DNA from: Eledone cirrhosa
Taxonomy: Eukaryota
DNA: 64,000 nucleotides
Direction: 5' to 3'
Assembly (NCBI GenBank): GCA_964016885.1
Contig: OZ024742.1
Span: 170,686,001-170,750,000, forward strand
The notes under the pieces are model-generated. The model was not told where the DNA came from. It did not search any database and was given only the letters and a program-made list of their open reading frames with translations. Position numbers and translations under genes: made by a program. This document shows, piece after piece, positions 26,880-41,560 of the stretch. Every line of letters begins with the position of its first letter. Positions within the stretch are counted from its first letter, which is position 1.

Positions 26880-29800
26880 GAAGAAACGGACCAGTTGTTG
26901 GCCAGAGAGAAAGGTGTCTGACCTCAGTCCTTTCAGACGCGTCCACCATACAACCTCTTTCGCCATGGCTATTACGCACAGAAACACCGCCTCTCCTTCG
27001 TTTTTGAAGAGGGGAGGCGGCTTGATCGTTACAATAGACTCGGTGGTCAACCGGATCGGTCCCACCCTTGACAGCAGTTGTTCGACATAGCCCCACAGAT
27101 CGGCAATGCCCGAGCAGTGTACCAATGCGTGTGCAACGGTTTCCTCGTCGCACACGCATCTGGGACAGATCTTTTTCGATGGGTCCCTACCCGGGCGCCC
27201 GTGCATGTAGAGCCTTTCTCGAACGGGCAGAGCCCTTCTGTAGCATTGCCAGGCCAGGGACCTCTGGAAGTTATCCATGGGTCCCGGGCTGAATGTCCTA
27301 CCAAACAGGTTGGCCAGTTCGTCTTCCTCCATGCCTAGGGCTTCTCCGAGGGCGTCGTCGCACCTGCTAACCACCAGCCCTCTATAGAATGACGAGTGGA
27401 TTCTCCACTGACAGCCGGGTCCGCCTGCCAGAGAGCCGTGAGCGCCTGGGCACACTCGGTGTGCCAGGCGCCCAGTTTTCTCGGTCTTTGCTTGACCCAG
27501 GATTGCAGCTCGGTGAGTGAGACGAGTCTGGGAAAGGCTCGCCTCACAAACGGAGCCCACACCGGTTGACCGGAGAGGAATACCTGAAGGTACCGTAGCC
27601 TTAATGCGTGTTTACGTATCATTAGCCACGGCATCCCCAGCCCTCCTTCCGAAGGGTGTTGACAGCAGATAGATCTCCTCACCATAGGAGCCCGCTTCTT
27701 CCAAAGGAATTGGAAGAGTGCGCGCTCCATTTTGGCGAGCGTTTCCCTTGGGCAAGGCACAACGGTCAGGCGGTAGTAGATGACGGACGCTATATAAGTG
27801 TTCGCCACCTCCGCCCGACCTTTCAGGGACAGTTTGCACTCGGCCCACTTCTGGGTCAGTGCAAAAACCCTGTTCGTTACCTCACCCCAGTTCTTCTCCA
27901 CCTGGAGGTCTGGTCCGAACCAGACCCCGAGCAACTTCACCGGGCCCTCCGTCCAGCGCCCGACGACGCCATAGGAGGGCATCGATCTGCCCCTCCACGT
28001 GCCGAGTTGCAGACCGATCGACTTGTCCCGGTTCAGCTTAGCCCCTGTAAACCTTTCGTACTCCTCGTACACCGCTTTCCGCAATCCCGGTTCCAACGGG
28101 ATGCCCTGCAACACCTCCAACTTCCGCAGCAGTGGCTCTAGAGTCATTACATACAGAAGGGAGGAGAGAGGGCACCCCTGTCGGATGGACCGCGCGATTT
28201 CGAACGGCTCCGAGAGGTAGCCGTTCACCTTGACCCTAGAGCAGATGCGGCTGCTGTGCATGGCATTGATCCAGCCCCTGAAAACGGGTCCGAAGCCTGC
28301 CGCCGCTAGCACCGCATCCAGGTAACCATGGTCGACCCTATCGAATGCCTTAGATTGATCCAAGTTGATCAGGGCCCCACCAAAGCCGGGTTCGTTCCCA
28401 ACCCTCTCTATGATGTATCGCATGAGGTGGAGGTTGTCGTGGATGGACCTGGACGAGATAGCACATGTCTGCGCATCTCCCACCAGGTTGCCCACGACAA
28501 GCGCCAACCTCTTTGCTAGCACTTTGGCCAAAATCTGTAACTCTGTATTTAGCAGAGTTATGGGCCTGAAATTATTTATATCGTCCCCCTTGTTCTCGTC
28601 CTTCCTCACTAGCGTGACTACGCCCTTGGTCACAGCACAGGGAATTCTCCCGTTCTGTTGCCAGTTGCAGTAGACCGCCTCGAGGAGATCGGGGAACAAG
28701 TCCGGCATAGCTAGATATAGTTCGTATGGAAGACCATCGAGACCCGGAGATTTGCGTTTGCCGCATTGGCTCAGCACGTCCTCTATCTCAGCGGCTGAAA
28801 TCGGCTCCTCGCACGACTTCGCCTCCCTGTCCGAGAGACGCGGCAGGCCGTCGAGGTATGGACCGAAGTCCACATCCCCAACCGGCCCCCCGCCCCTTCC
28901 GAACAATCTGGCAAAGTGCTTTTGGAAAGCCTCACACATCTGCTTAGGTTCAAGGATCACCCCTCCATCCTGGTCTCGCAAAGACCGGATAGTGGATCTG
29001 CTCCCTCTTTTGGCTTCTGTCACGCGGGCCCAGCTAACAGCTTTGGTCCCCTCGTTTCCCAGAGTACGTATTTTTCTTCGGACGATGCAGCCTTCGTGTT
29101 TCGCGTCTAAGAACTGGCCCAGGGCCGTTCTCGACGCTAGCAGTCTGGCCACGTCGCCGCTTCTAATTGCCTCTTCTACACTATCTACCAACTCCCTTTC
29201 CTTCCTATTTCTATTTGAGGCTAACTCCTTACTAAATTCTATAGAGACTACTCTAATCTCTCTTTTGAGAGATCCCCACCACCTGCTGTTGACGATGGCG
29301 CCCGTCAACCGCTCCTTAACTAAAGTGCTAATCCGGTCCCTGTAAGCCTTACTTGCCGGTAAGGACAAGTTGAGCTTCCAGTAACCGGGTCCCTGTCTAT
29401 GAGTTCTGTCAAGGTTGATCATGCAGGTCACTAACTTGTGGTCTGAATAGCCAACCATGCGCATTTTTGGACAACTTAAAAAGTCCCTATCCTTAATTCT
29501 AACTAAGAACCTATCTAGGTACGACCTAGATGATCCGCTACGATTTGCCCAAGTCCAGGTTGGCGCAGTCGGAAAATCTAGTCGATATCTATCGGCCAGG
29601 TCAAATCGACCGATTAACCCTTTGAGGCTATTACACCCCTCTCTATCGGGACAGGCCCCTACGTAGTCCCAACGTGCATCTAGGATACCATTCCAGTCCC
29701 CCACTAATAGCAAGGAGCAGGACGTCCCTAGAAAAGTCTCCAGACGATGGAAGAAGTCCGGCCGCATTGACCCGAAAGGGCCGTAGGCGGCTATCAACCT

Positions 29801-30118
29801 AAACGCTCCGCCTTTACCACTGCCAAGGTCCAGAACCACTAGTCGACCCTCCGGGTCCAAATGTACCATCTGTGTTGCGAGACCCAGATGTTTTTGCAGC
29901 AGAACGACAACTCCACCCCCACCTCCGGGTTGACAGAGAGATGCGTGCACCTCAAAGTCATCAAAGGTGGGGGCCAGCTGTCGCACGTTGCTGATCCGGG
30001 CCTCGCAAATAACCATCACATCTATACGTTGTGACCTGAGGTCATTTAGAAGCATTGCTTGCTTCCAAGTTGAGCCCAGGCCACGCGCATTTAAACAGCC
30101 TACTCTTAGCATAGCCAT
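26880..30118 (-). pseudogene. Tx1 copy A ORF2 (APE-RT-ZnF), lacking the YADD motif and the C-terminus
   Basis: Long open frame highly similar to copy B, but it reads KAV-YEEY where B has KAV-SAYADD...-REDY. Frameshift near 27390; homology ends after QLVRFF. Confidence 0.93.
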
Positions 30119-30142
30119 GTTGGTGGTGAAGAGAAAAGGCAC

Positions 30143-31936
30143 TTACCTCTCTGCGTCCCGGGTATCGGGCTGCACAATTTCCATTAGGGTGGGGGATGGG
30201 TTGTTGGGTGGGGTGGTGGTTTGTGGAAGTGTAGGGGCATCAGTGTGTTGTGTGGTTGGGGAGTTTGGAGTTGTGTGGGTGTTTGAGGAGGGGGTGGGGT
30301 AGTTTTTTAGGAGGACGCGGTTAATGGGCCCGACACAGGGGGGACCCACATCCTCTTTAAAATTGTTTTTTAAAGTTTTATAGGTGTCCTGTGGGGCCTT
30401 AATCATTTTGAGGTGGGGGAAATCCCCTGCCTGGGTGAAGTTAGGCCCTTGTGTTTTTATTAGATTGTTGTTGTACACAATGTTTAACAGTTTTTTGTTT
30501 CTTGTGTTTATGTATGTGTATGCATGTTTTTGTTTTTGTGTGGTGTTTTTTGTTTGCTGTTGTTGTGAGCTCTTTTGTGTTGGTGTCAGTGTTATGTTTT
30601 GGGGAGGGGTTGTTTTCATTTGTGTGTCTGAGGTGTGTTTTCTTTTTTTTCTTTTGATTGTGTGGAAGTGCTCCTCCTCGTCTGACGACGAACTAGGGTC
30701 ATCTTCCGCGTTGGAGGGGAGGGGTATATTTTCGGGTTGTGTTTGCGGTGCGGGTGTTTTGGAAATTGTTTTTGTTTTTTGAGTGGAGGGGATGGGTTGG
30801 ACATTGTTTTGTTTTGGTTTGAGCTGTGGTGGTTGTTTTTGTAGTGGTAGTTGTGGTGATTGTGTTGGTTGTGCAGTTGTTGATGGTGTAGGCAGGATTG
30901 GGGTTTTCTTATTAAGTTGGGGACAGACAGCCCTCAGGTGACCTCTGGTTCCGCAGAGGTAACACGAGGGCCGCCTACCCTCAACGGTAATGTTGATGAA
31001 GGCTAGATCATCCAGTATGACGCGTTCAGGGATCTGGGCGATCCTTTCGGGCCTCATTTGAACTACAAGTTCGAGGCTCGTTCCACTGAACGCGTCACCC
31101 GATGCCTTTCCCATGGACACCAGCATGTCATCCTCCAGGTCCAGGAAACCTGTCAAAACCCACCATATGTCCATAATCGGCAGGATGGTGTGTATTTTTA
31201 TTTTTTGTGTTCTTCTACCCATGTACGTAGGGTAGAAGGTGTATGCGGTGGATGTGATTGGTTTGATGGACAGTTTCACTGCTGTGTCCCTGTCCTTCAT
31301 GAGAATGGATAGAATCCCGTAGAGTCTATCCTTCTGAATGAAGGTGATGTCCTTCATGACGTCTTTTACAACCAGCTCTATCTCACTCTGTGATGGTTGA
31401 GCTGGTTTTTTACTTTTATTCGAGATTGTCCTAAACATGACAGCGTTTAGGAGTCTCTGGCTTTTTAGTTCCGGGGGGGGGGGGGATGGATTGTGAATGA
31501 ACCATTTTCCCCGTACACTATATATTTTTTGGCATCTGCCAGTAGCTCCTTTGCTTTGGTTATATCTACTGGCAGATAGTCGAGGGTTTTCCTTGTCGTC
31601 TCGGCGAAGGAGAAATTTTTTTTGTTTGTGTTGTTGTTGTCGTTGGTGTTGTTGTTATCATTGTTGTTGTTGTCACAGTTATTGGTCTTGTTGTTGTTGT
31701 TATTGTTATTGGTGTTGTTTTCGTCCGTCGCATTGTTGTTGTTGTTGCTGTTGCTGGTGCCGCTGGTTCTTTGGGTTGTTGCCATGGCAACGTCAAGTTG
31801 TCGGTTAACAGGTGGAGAAAATTCTTCCTCTGGCTGACCTTTCTTCTTGACCTCTGCTACTGTGACAGTGGCAGGGGAAGCTGTAAGTTTATCTTCCCTT
31901 TCCTCCTTCGAATTTTGGTGAAGAAGCTTCAGCCAT
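30143..31936 (-). pseudogene. Tx1 copy A ORF1 (CCHC knuckle), frameshifted near a poly-G run
   Basis: CYLCGTRGHLRAVC and YPTYMGRRTQKI motifs, Asn-rich N-terminus, ATG at 31936. Confidence 0.85.
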
Positions 31937-33304
31937 TTAAAAAAATATTAACTTTTCAACAAGAAAAAACTTTTTTTTTGTTTAACTATTTCGCCTAAAG
32001 GCGTAGAATATTTTGAGACTGACCAGATCAAAGTTTGACCTGGCAGTCCCTCTACAAAATGGTACAAAAATTAAAGTTAACAGACAAGAATTTCTATAGA
32101 AATTTAAACAGAACTTACTCAGCAAGTTATACGCGTGTGTCCATCCCAGATAGATAGATAAATATATTATAAATATATTATAGAGATAGATAGATAGATA
32201 GATAGATAGGTAGTTAGATAGATAGGTATATATATATAACAGCAAGCTTTTTATCTAGTTATTTTTATTTACTTACATCGATAACGACTATGTCAATATA
32301 TATTTATTAAGTATTTTGACTATGGACACATTTTGACTATACAACACCTGTGTAAAGTGATACGTAACTTGTGACATGGTATATTGAGAGAAACAACATT
32401 CATCGAATACAGATCGCTCGATGAAAAGTCAATGATGACGAAGTTACATTGTCTATACTATTTCTTCAAACGATCCGACAAAATACCTCCTTTATCATAG
32501 TGACATTCTTTATATCAAAATATCAACTGTCCAGACTTATAATATAGAATATTATTCTTATTAACATTGACTTCAACATTTGCTTATTGATGGAAAACTT
32601 GATGACATATTGTTTAATAGGATTTTAGCTTTGTTTCAGACTTACCAACGATAAAGAAAGTTATTTAAGCCAATCACAGCGTTTGGTGCAGCTCTTGAAA
32701 TTATCCTCTAAAGCTGTATACTTTGGTTAACAGATCGATACTGACATTATAGATTAGCAGTGACTCTTCCCAAGGAAGTTTTCACTTAACGTAAGAAATA
32801 ACACCTTTGTCTTCCAAGACGTTACAAGTGAAATTGATTATATTTATGACTAGTGAACCCATGTCGTCAATAATAACGACAAAAGCACTGAACATATTAG
32901 AAATCAATTTTTCGAGTCCAGAATTCGCATGCTATATATATCAGGATTACCAGATATATAAACAATCATTCAAACTGGAAAAATTGCGTTTTGATAAATT
33001 AATAGTTTCCATAAGAAAAACCCTATAGTTTATGTTGATTATTTATTTCTAGGATATGTTTACATAAATGTTGAGCATATATGTATAAATGACATAGAAG
33101 ATTAAATGTATTAATAACTTAGGAGAAATACTTACAGGGACAAATATAGAGTTAGAACCCAGGACCTTTTGATTGGAGAGCGAACGTCTTATTGTAGTGG
33201 CATGACTAAGGTAGGAAATATTTGTGTTATATGTGTGTATGTTCGTATATGTAAATTTTAAAGAGTTACAGGTGTGTGTGTGTATATATGTATTTCGGTT
33301 TTAA

Positions 33305-33342
33305 GTTTTACCGGTTGCGCATTTTTAATGCTTTTCAAAAAT
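33305..33342 (-). ncRNA. Degenerate U3-A8 hammerhead
   Basis: Minus strand ATTT-TTGAAAA-GCATT AAA AATGC-GCAA-CCGG-TA-AAAC; same layout as 49434-49471 but with GCAA for GAAA. Confidence 0.5.
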
Positions 33343-33856
33343 AATTTTGAGATAGAGCGTCCGTGATGTTTGCTCTAATCTGATTAGTTTTGGAAATTCT
33401 ACCTGTTTTTATGTGAAAAAAGTGGCTCCAGCGGTATTAAAATAAGTTTCGCGCCAATTCGTGTTGCAAAAATCCTTGTGGTCAAAACAATTTTGATTGG
33501 TCGGTAGAGGTCATGTGAATGTTAAAAATTGATTTTGCGCCAAATGTAGGTTTGTGTCGGCTGATTGAGAAGTCACTGAAAAATAAGTCTTTCAAAACAA
33601 ATATGTGTGTGTATGTGTGTGTGTGTGTGTAGTAGTAGTAAAGAGGTTCGTTGTTGTGATAATGGTCAGCAGGGATGTGTGTGCGAACCGCAGCCTGTTG
33701 ACAGTTCAAATGCCTATTAAGACAAGTGTGTGTGTGTGTGTGTGTGTAGCAGAGTAATTCGTGGTAGAGGGATGGTCAGTAGGAATGTGTCTGTAAGTGT
33801 GTGGGGGATATTTTAACATGTTAAAAGATATTTTTCAGCTCTTGTCTTATACGGAG

Positions 33857-33919
<63 letters not shown>

Positions 33920-33972
33920 TGTGTGTGTGTGTGTGTCCTTTGTATGTTAATGCAGGCGTGTGTATGTGTGTG

Positions 33973-34021
<49 letters not shown>

Positions 34022-34895
34022 ACCAGTATTTATTTTTGTGATACTGGTAAAATGGTGTACATTATTCGCTATTTTCAGTAAAAACGATTCTCTCAATAGA
34101 ACATCAAAAACCTTAATAATAAAAGGTGTGAAATGATATATAGTATTGGCATAATACCAAGGTGTGTGTGAGTGTCCAGATTGTACGTACTGCAAGGGGA
34201 ATCCATTAGGCCTTGCCGTATTGGAATACTTGTGTACAAATCACCCTCTACACTAAAGCACTAGCAAAGTTTGGACATATAATTAGCTTCCTATTCAACT
34301 GAACAATCATATAGATACATGGATATTAATGTTGTCATCAACAGTTTCGTATTTACAGATCAGAATGAATGTGACAGAGATTACAAGAGAATTGAATAAT
34401 AATTAAAGAGACACAGAGTGGAATGCATGTGACAGAGATTACAAGAGAATAGTATAATAATTAAAGCAGTATAGAGAGTGCAAATGCGTTAGGCATATAC
34501 AGGACAGTTAGGTAGGAAACAAACAATGGTACTAGGCATATATAATTACTGCATGGTAAAGGTATCACATAAAATAACATAGGTTTACAAGCAAATCAAG
34601 CAGGCAAAGGTGTTTGTGTATTCCAATTATGAGTTTATGGTGGATGTAGTGGGATAATTGTTTCTGTAATGTTCAAATGTGCATGTGTTGAGAGTATTAT
34701 TATTATTGTTATCTTTTCCATTACATTGGTTATGTTTTATTTTAGTGAATGTTTATAATAAGATACAGCTATGGATTGTATATTGGTCCTATTATACTGT
34801 TATCCCGGGATATGCAAATTAGGCTGCTCAGCCGTTAATATGCATAAGGAAAGTATATACTTTCAAACGTTCAATCGACTGACAGGAAGGTATAG

Positions 34896-34934
34896 AGTGC
34901 TGATGACAGCTAATAAGCTAGAAACTACTTCATC
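34896..34934 (+). ncRNA. Hammerhead family H2 (decayed copy)
   Basis: GTG-CTGATGA-CAGCT AATA AGCTA-GAAA-CTAC-TT-CAT; homologous to 52797-52837. Confidence 0.65.
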
Positions 34935-35184
34935 GTTCCTTTGTCAGTGTTGAACAAAAGGGCAACGATGGTTGCCGAACACTGTACGGCCTAATTCGGG
35001 CAGTCTGTTTACAAACAAACCGAACATTATAATAAATGTTCGGTAAACCCATACGTACATATATATATATGTGTGCATGTATGTATGTATATACATACCA
35101 CTGTACGTCTGTATACATATATGTATGTACGTATACATACTTATATATATATACATATATATATATATACACACATATATATCG

Positions 35185-35269
<85 letters not shown>

Positions 35270-37438
35270 GAATACAAAAAAAAAACATCAACGCAGGCGT
35301 ACAAGTTACAGATGATATATATATATATATATATGGATGTATATAAACGAATATATTATGGTTGATGATACGCATGAATAGGAAAGCAAAATCATATTTT
35401 TGCCAGAAGATATATGTAAACATATTTCTCAAAGGATATAAAACAACAAAGTTAACGTCGAAACATTTTCAAATTAACCATAACGTTACTGATATTTTTG
35501 GATAAATAACAGCGTTCAGAAATGACTCGTATTTAATTGTGTAGATGTACATGTATCGGGTCGGGGTTGACTCCTACTACTTTAGTCAAAGCTTACAATA
35601 AAAAATACACGTAATATGGTAGCATGGTTGAAGGGTCTAAGGCGTTGGTTTTAGGTACCAGTCGCTTCGGATGCATGTTTTCAAATTCCATCGGTGCCAG
35701 AATATTTTTGTCAAGGCGCGTGTCTTAGTAGTTAAAGCATTAGGCTTATAAGTGTGAGCTTGTGAGTTCGCTTCCTTTGGACAACATTGGTTGCGTGGAG
35801 AGGGGAGGCTAACGTGCATAGGTGAGCGTCTGTTGGTTTACCTAAATATACCTTGTCAAGGTTTGTGCTTCAGAGAGGAACATTCCAGATGCAAAATTTA
35901 TGGTCATTCGTGACCTAAGGGGATTTAACCTTTTTTTTTTATAAATGACGCAGGAAAATTATAGCCTATATGTAACCCTCTTCACATCTGTCTCTCTTTA
36001 TATTAAAATGGGATCTGTTATTTGTATGAATATATGTCTTCAGCATACATCGCATACCTTAATATACTCTGCAATGAAAAAAAAAGAACATTTCAGGTAA
36101 AGCCACATAGCACCTTTAAACGATATTCCTCCTCGTAAAAAATTCCTAAAATTTCCTATAGGTGCATTAACATTTTTGATACCAAACTATATGAAATCTG
36201 CCCTGGATCTCTGATGCAAAATTATATTTTAAATTGTTTATATTTATCTAAAACACTCCCACCATACGTTTATGTAAACATCTTTGTTATATTCCAAACA
36301 CCACCTTGGTATAGAAAAGGTTGGTTACATTACTAAATCCCTTCAAATTCTTGATTATTTTCAAAATTATTTGAAAATTATTGGCAGTTTCTTTCAATGG
36401 AAATATGTTAACTAAAGGGTTAAAGATCAGCTACACTATTTCTCTTTCCATATATGCCTATACAGAGGCGGTGAATTGGCAATTAGTTAGAACGTCGGAT
36501 AGAATATTTTGCGGTAATCATTCCGGTTCTCAACGCTCTCTGAGTTTAAATCCCACCGAGACTTTTATTTCGAAGTCGATAAAAGAAAAACCTGTCTAGT
36601 CATGGGGTCGATTCTTCCTTTATAGCTATTTTTTATTTTCCTTCTCTCGCTTTCTCTCTCTCACTTTCTCTCGGTGTTCAGACCTGGTGAGTGGATCTGC
36701 TCCACCAACTTTAAAATGATCAAGATACGCAAAGATTCCATAATGATTTACAGTTTCATACATACATACGTATATACATACGTACATACATACATACATA
36801 CATACATATCCATATATATATATCAATTGTTGAGGTTTGTGTAGTATTACATTAATACAGGCTTACATAAATTCAGTGTGTTTTCAACCAACAACACGTT
36901 CAAGGCAGAGAAATATTTGAAACAGTATTCAGCTAAGCCTGCTAAGACTTCAAAAGACATAATGACCCAAATCAATGTCTTTCTCGACATCGAAACCATT
37001 GTTATGATCGGCGTGATATAATTTTCTCCTGCATGATCCTAAAATTGAAATTGTTTTTCTCACCGAGTAATCAACAGAACTTCTTATTTGTTAGTTCATC
37101 TCTTCCCTTCGGCTCTTGTTTTTGTCATATTACTTAGATGATAAACAAATCTCCAATCTCCATATAGCCAGAATGTGAGCCTATAGAAATAGTTGTGATC
37201 AGTGAGGCACACAACTACATAGTATTATTATGTAGCTTGCCTGGTTTCATATCTCATCCGGATCAACATAAAATGATTTTGGTCGAGCTAAGCTTTTTGA
37301 TCTCAAAAGATCGATGTATCTGCTGAACGAAAATGCACAATTAATTGAATCAGAAATATTGGACTTAGAGGCACTTTTCTTTGTTGGTTTTTACTCTGTA
37401 ACCGGGCATTTTTTCTTGTTTTCCATTTTACGTGTATA

Positions 37439-37488
<50 letters not shown>

Positions 37489-37585
37489 TGTGTGTGTATA
37501 TGTGTGTGCGTGTGCGTGTGTGTATATATATATACATATATATACGTGTACATATATATACAAATATATATGTATGTATAAATAC

Positions 37586-37687
<102 letters not shown>

Positions 37688-37789
37688 CCTCACACATATC
37701 TATCTAGCTTTCTATCTCTCTATATCTACATACGCACACACACACACGCACAAACACAGACACAGATACACACACACACGCCCCCACCC

Positions 37790-37839
<50 letters not shown>

Positions 37840-38542
37840 CTATTTTTTAGTTAAGTAAACAATTTATAAAACATTCTATATGAATCTGCTGCAGCTTCTA
37901 ACCAAACGTTGGCTCTTCTGGTGCAGTAAACTGTATTTATTTGAATGATGACATTGCTGAAAATTGTTGCTGTTGTTACTGTTGTTGTTGCTGGTGATGT
38001 TTCAGATGTTGTTATGGTGATAAAGATATTATTTGTTGCAATAACAAGCTTGATGGATTGATATTCTTTTCGATACATTCCTTTATCCATTGGGACACAG
38101 GAATACAATTTGATGTCTTAACAGGATAGAAGAACCAATAGGTTAATGTTTTAATTGATCTCTTTCCAATACATAGTTCTTTGCTTCAGTAATATTAATA
38201 CTCTTGGTGTTGTTGCTGTTGTTGTTGTTGCTGTTGTTGTTGTTGCTGTTTTTGTTGTTGTTGTTGTCATTGTTGTTGTTGTTGTTGCTGTTGTTGTTGT
38301 TGCTGCTGCTTTTGCTGTTTTTGCTGATGTTATTGTTATTGTTGCAGCTGTAATATTAATACTCTTGGTGTTGTTGTTGTTGTTGCTGTTGTTGTTGCTG
38401 TTGTTGTTGCTGGTGTAGTTGTTGTTGTTGTTGTTGCTGTTGTAGTTGTTGTTGTTGTTGTTGTCGTCGTCGTCGTCGGCGTCGTCGATGTTGTTGTTGT
38501 TGTCGTCGTCGTTGTTCGTGTTGTTTCTGTCGTTGTTGTTGC

Positions 38543-38589
<47 letters not shown>

Positions 38590-38667
38590 CAGCTACTGTT
38601 GCTGATACTGTTGTTTTTACACTAGTTGATGTTTTGGGAAGTACAGTTTTATGGATTATGTGGTCGA

Positions 38668-38790
38668 AGGGGGATGCTTTAGTGATTAAAGTATTGGGCT
38701 CATGATCGTAAGGTTGTGAGTTCGGGTTCCGGCACGTTGTGTCCTTGAGCACGACACTTTATTTCAGGTGTCTCCGGTCTACACAGCTAT
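38668..38790 (+). mobile_element. Decayed tRNA-derived SINE head
   Basis: A-box-like TTTAGTGATTAA, B-box-like GAGTTCGGGTTCC and GTGTCCTTGAGCACGACACTT, similar to the 14 kb SINE. Confidence 0.6.
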
Positions 38791-40230
38791 AGAAACACGA
38801 GTTAGACTAGTAATTAATTAGGACAGGTTTGTCACATACTTCTAAACAGCACCACGTTGTTCTACACAGAGAGGAGATATTAGAAAACATGGTGTTATGC
38901 AAATCCAACGTTGTACGTCAGTGGATTCCTAACTTCGTTTTTCCATGAGTGACATCTCTAAACTATATTCTTTTTCATATACTGAAGAACCCTAAACTTA
39001 TACAAGCGCATCCCTCTTTCTATTTCTCCTCTCACTCCCCCCTTTATTCTCATACACCCTTTCTGTACACACACACCACCACCATCATCATCATCATCAT
39101 TATCATCATCATCATCATCATCATCATTATCATCATCATCATCATCATCATCATTATCATCATCATTTAGCGTCCATTTTCCACTGTTAAACAGGTTGTC
39201 CCATTAGAGGCAAATTGGATCAGGTGACTGTGTCTTGCTCATATAGAACTTTTACATATTTATATATAATACAAACGCGTGCGTGCATGTTGGTACTCTG
39301 TTTTCGGGCAATGGAACAATCTGGTCGTGAATTTAGCGAGAATATGTTTGAGTGTTCTACAGGCACGTGTATCCTTAAGGTAGATTCAATGTGACAAAGT
39401 GAGAAACAAAACTGGTTCTTTCAATTACAGGTACAGTCAATTCGACGGGTTTCCAAACAGTCTCCATCAATAAAGTTTCTCTCAAAAGAGATGGGTTGAT
39501 CCGTAGCCATGTAAGTGACATTTCCCCAAATTACCACGTATTGGGGTCCTACCTAGAGCCTATTGACTACGGCCATGTTTTCCACGACACTTTTCAGTAA
39601 ATTATTCTTTGTATGTGTATATGAACCTATAATACCTAATGAAGTTGTAGGGCATATTTAAGCTGGCCGTACTCACCCCCATCTCTGAACACAACTGAAA
39701 CTTTTCCAAAGAAGGAGAGGAAATGAGAAAAATATATAGAAGAATAATCGACCCCAGTATTGGACTGGTACTTGTTTTATCGACATCGAAGGGATGAGAG
39801 ATAAAATTGAACTCGGTGGGATTAGAACACAGAATGCAGTGAACCAGAAAGAATAACACTAATCAATCTATCCGATGTTCTAACCATTACCAATTCACCG
39901 CCTAAACTTTTCTTTAGCCTGCAGTATACACTGCGATACAACTTAGTGAAGTGTGACAATGGGAACAGTTTCATTATTTCTATAATTCAAGAGGTTGTTT
40001 ATTTTATATCTCAAGGCAGCAGAGTTTTTCAATTTTACACCATTTGCGCACAGATTCTTGTCCTTTCTGTTAACACTGATATCAATAAGGATATTAACGC
40101 TGCCACTACAATATTGAACAGGCAGTTTTACTAGGCTATCTGTGCAATGATATTTTGGTACTTAAATTCAAGCAAATATATCAAATCAGTTTATCCTTTC
40201 ACCAACTTTAAGAAGCTTCTGACAATAGGG

Positions 40231-40375
<145 letters not shown>

Positions 40376-40430
40376 ATATATATGCGTACAGTCACACATA
40401 TATAATTATATATTTATACACACATACACG

Positions 40431-40514
<84 letters not shown>

Positions 40515-41214
40515 CACACTCACGCACACATATATGCGTATATATGTATGTATTATCCAGGTGCAGAGTTAAATATGGATAGCTATTTGTTGATAACATC
40601 TCAATAAAAACTGAACATGGCTGCACTGATCTCTTTATCTGTCCACGGAAACATTATGTAAAGTGACAGTTGTTTACGACTGCATAATAAATACATTACT
40701 GTTGCAACAAAAATATTGAATGCACATTTTAGGGAAACTGTAATGAAATGTTGGTATGCAGTTGGTGCCACCTTCAGCGTGGGATCTACCTGGTCATTTA
40801 CAGATCAGCATGTTGTCTACCTGGAATACAAAGCCTAACTCTAACCGTAACCCGGTAGAAAGGTCACGTTAGTATACATTGTATACAAATTAGGTACCAA
40901 TCATTTGCTAAGTAGTCTCAATAAACATTGAAAATGGCCACCACGAAAACATAGTATATAAACATGGTTGTTTACCACCGTCGAGATTATTTAATTATAT
41001 TACATTTACACACAGTGTAGGCTCAAATATATAGATTTATTCAGGTTAATTGCATTTTAATTTCACGAGCAGCTGTTTCTTTGATCGAATCAACTGGAAC
41101 ATTCATCGTCGAAACCAATGGAGGTCTAGCATCGTATTAGGACTGCTATTTGCTATGACGCTTTGAAATGGTTCTCCCGTTGTTTTTGTCAAGAATTGTT
41201 GCTTGGCGAAACCT

Positions 41215-41560
41215 TGATAAAGGAAAATTAGGGTGGTGAGGGAAGTGTTGACTTCCAACCAGTTTGATGAAGGGTGGATAAATGTGTCTGTCAAGTATGG
41301 TCCGAGGGAATTGGCCCGTTCTGAGTATGTACCCACAGATTAGAGGAGGACAACTAGGAGGGGGTATTTGGCCTGGCAGTCAGTGTGGTTGTGATTTAGG
41401 GGCTTTATTCACGAGTAACTCTCAGGAGTTTACCCCACCACTATAAGGGATATAAAAATATTTTATTTTTTCATGTCTGTTATTTGTTAAACATTTTTTG
41501 CACTCAAAAACCTTCATTGTATCGTCTTGTACCGTCTCTAGTGGGTAATAAATAAATCAT
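41215..41560 (+). mobile_element. Old Tx1-family 3' fragment
   Basis: Hand translation RKIRVVREVLTSNQFDEGWINV matches the ORF2 end RRKVRVEREVLHPSKFAERWENV; ends GTGGGTAATAAATAAATCATT. Confidence 0.55.

Larger units (their letters stand above)
26721..32148 (-). mobile_element. Tx1/L1-clade LINE copy A (near full length, internal deletions)
   Basis: The 5' end abuts (GATA)n at 32149. Contains ORF1, ORF2 and a 3'UTR ending GGCAAATAAAAGAAACATATCTATC. Confidence 0.93.

Noticed and set aside
32300-33140. Possible host exons in non-repetitive sequence (also about 5700-6600 and 43200-43500)
   Set aside because: Isolated splice-like motifs only; no convincing open frame or recognisable protein.
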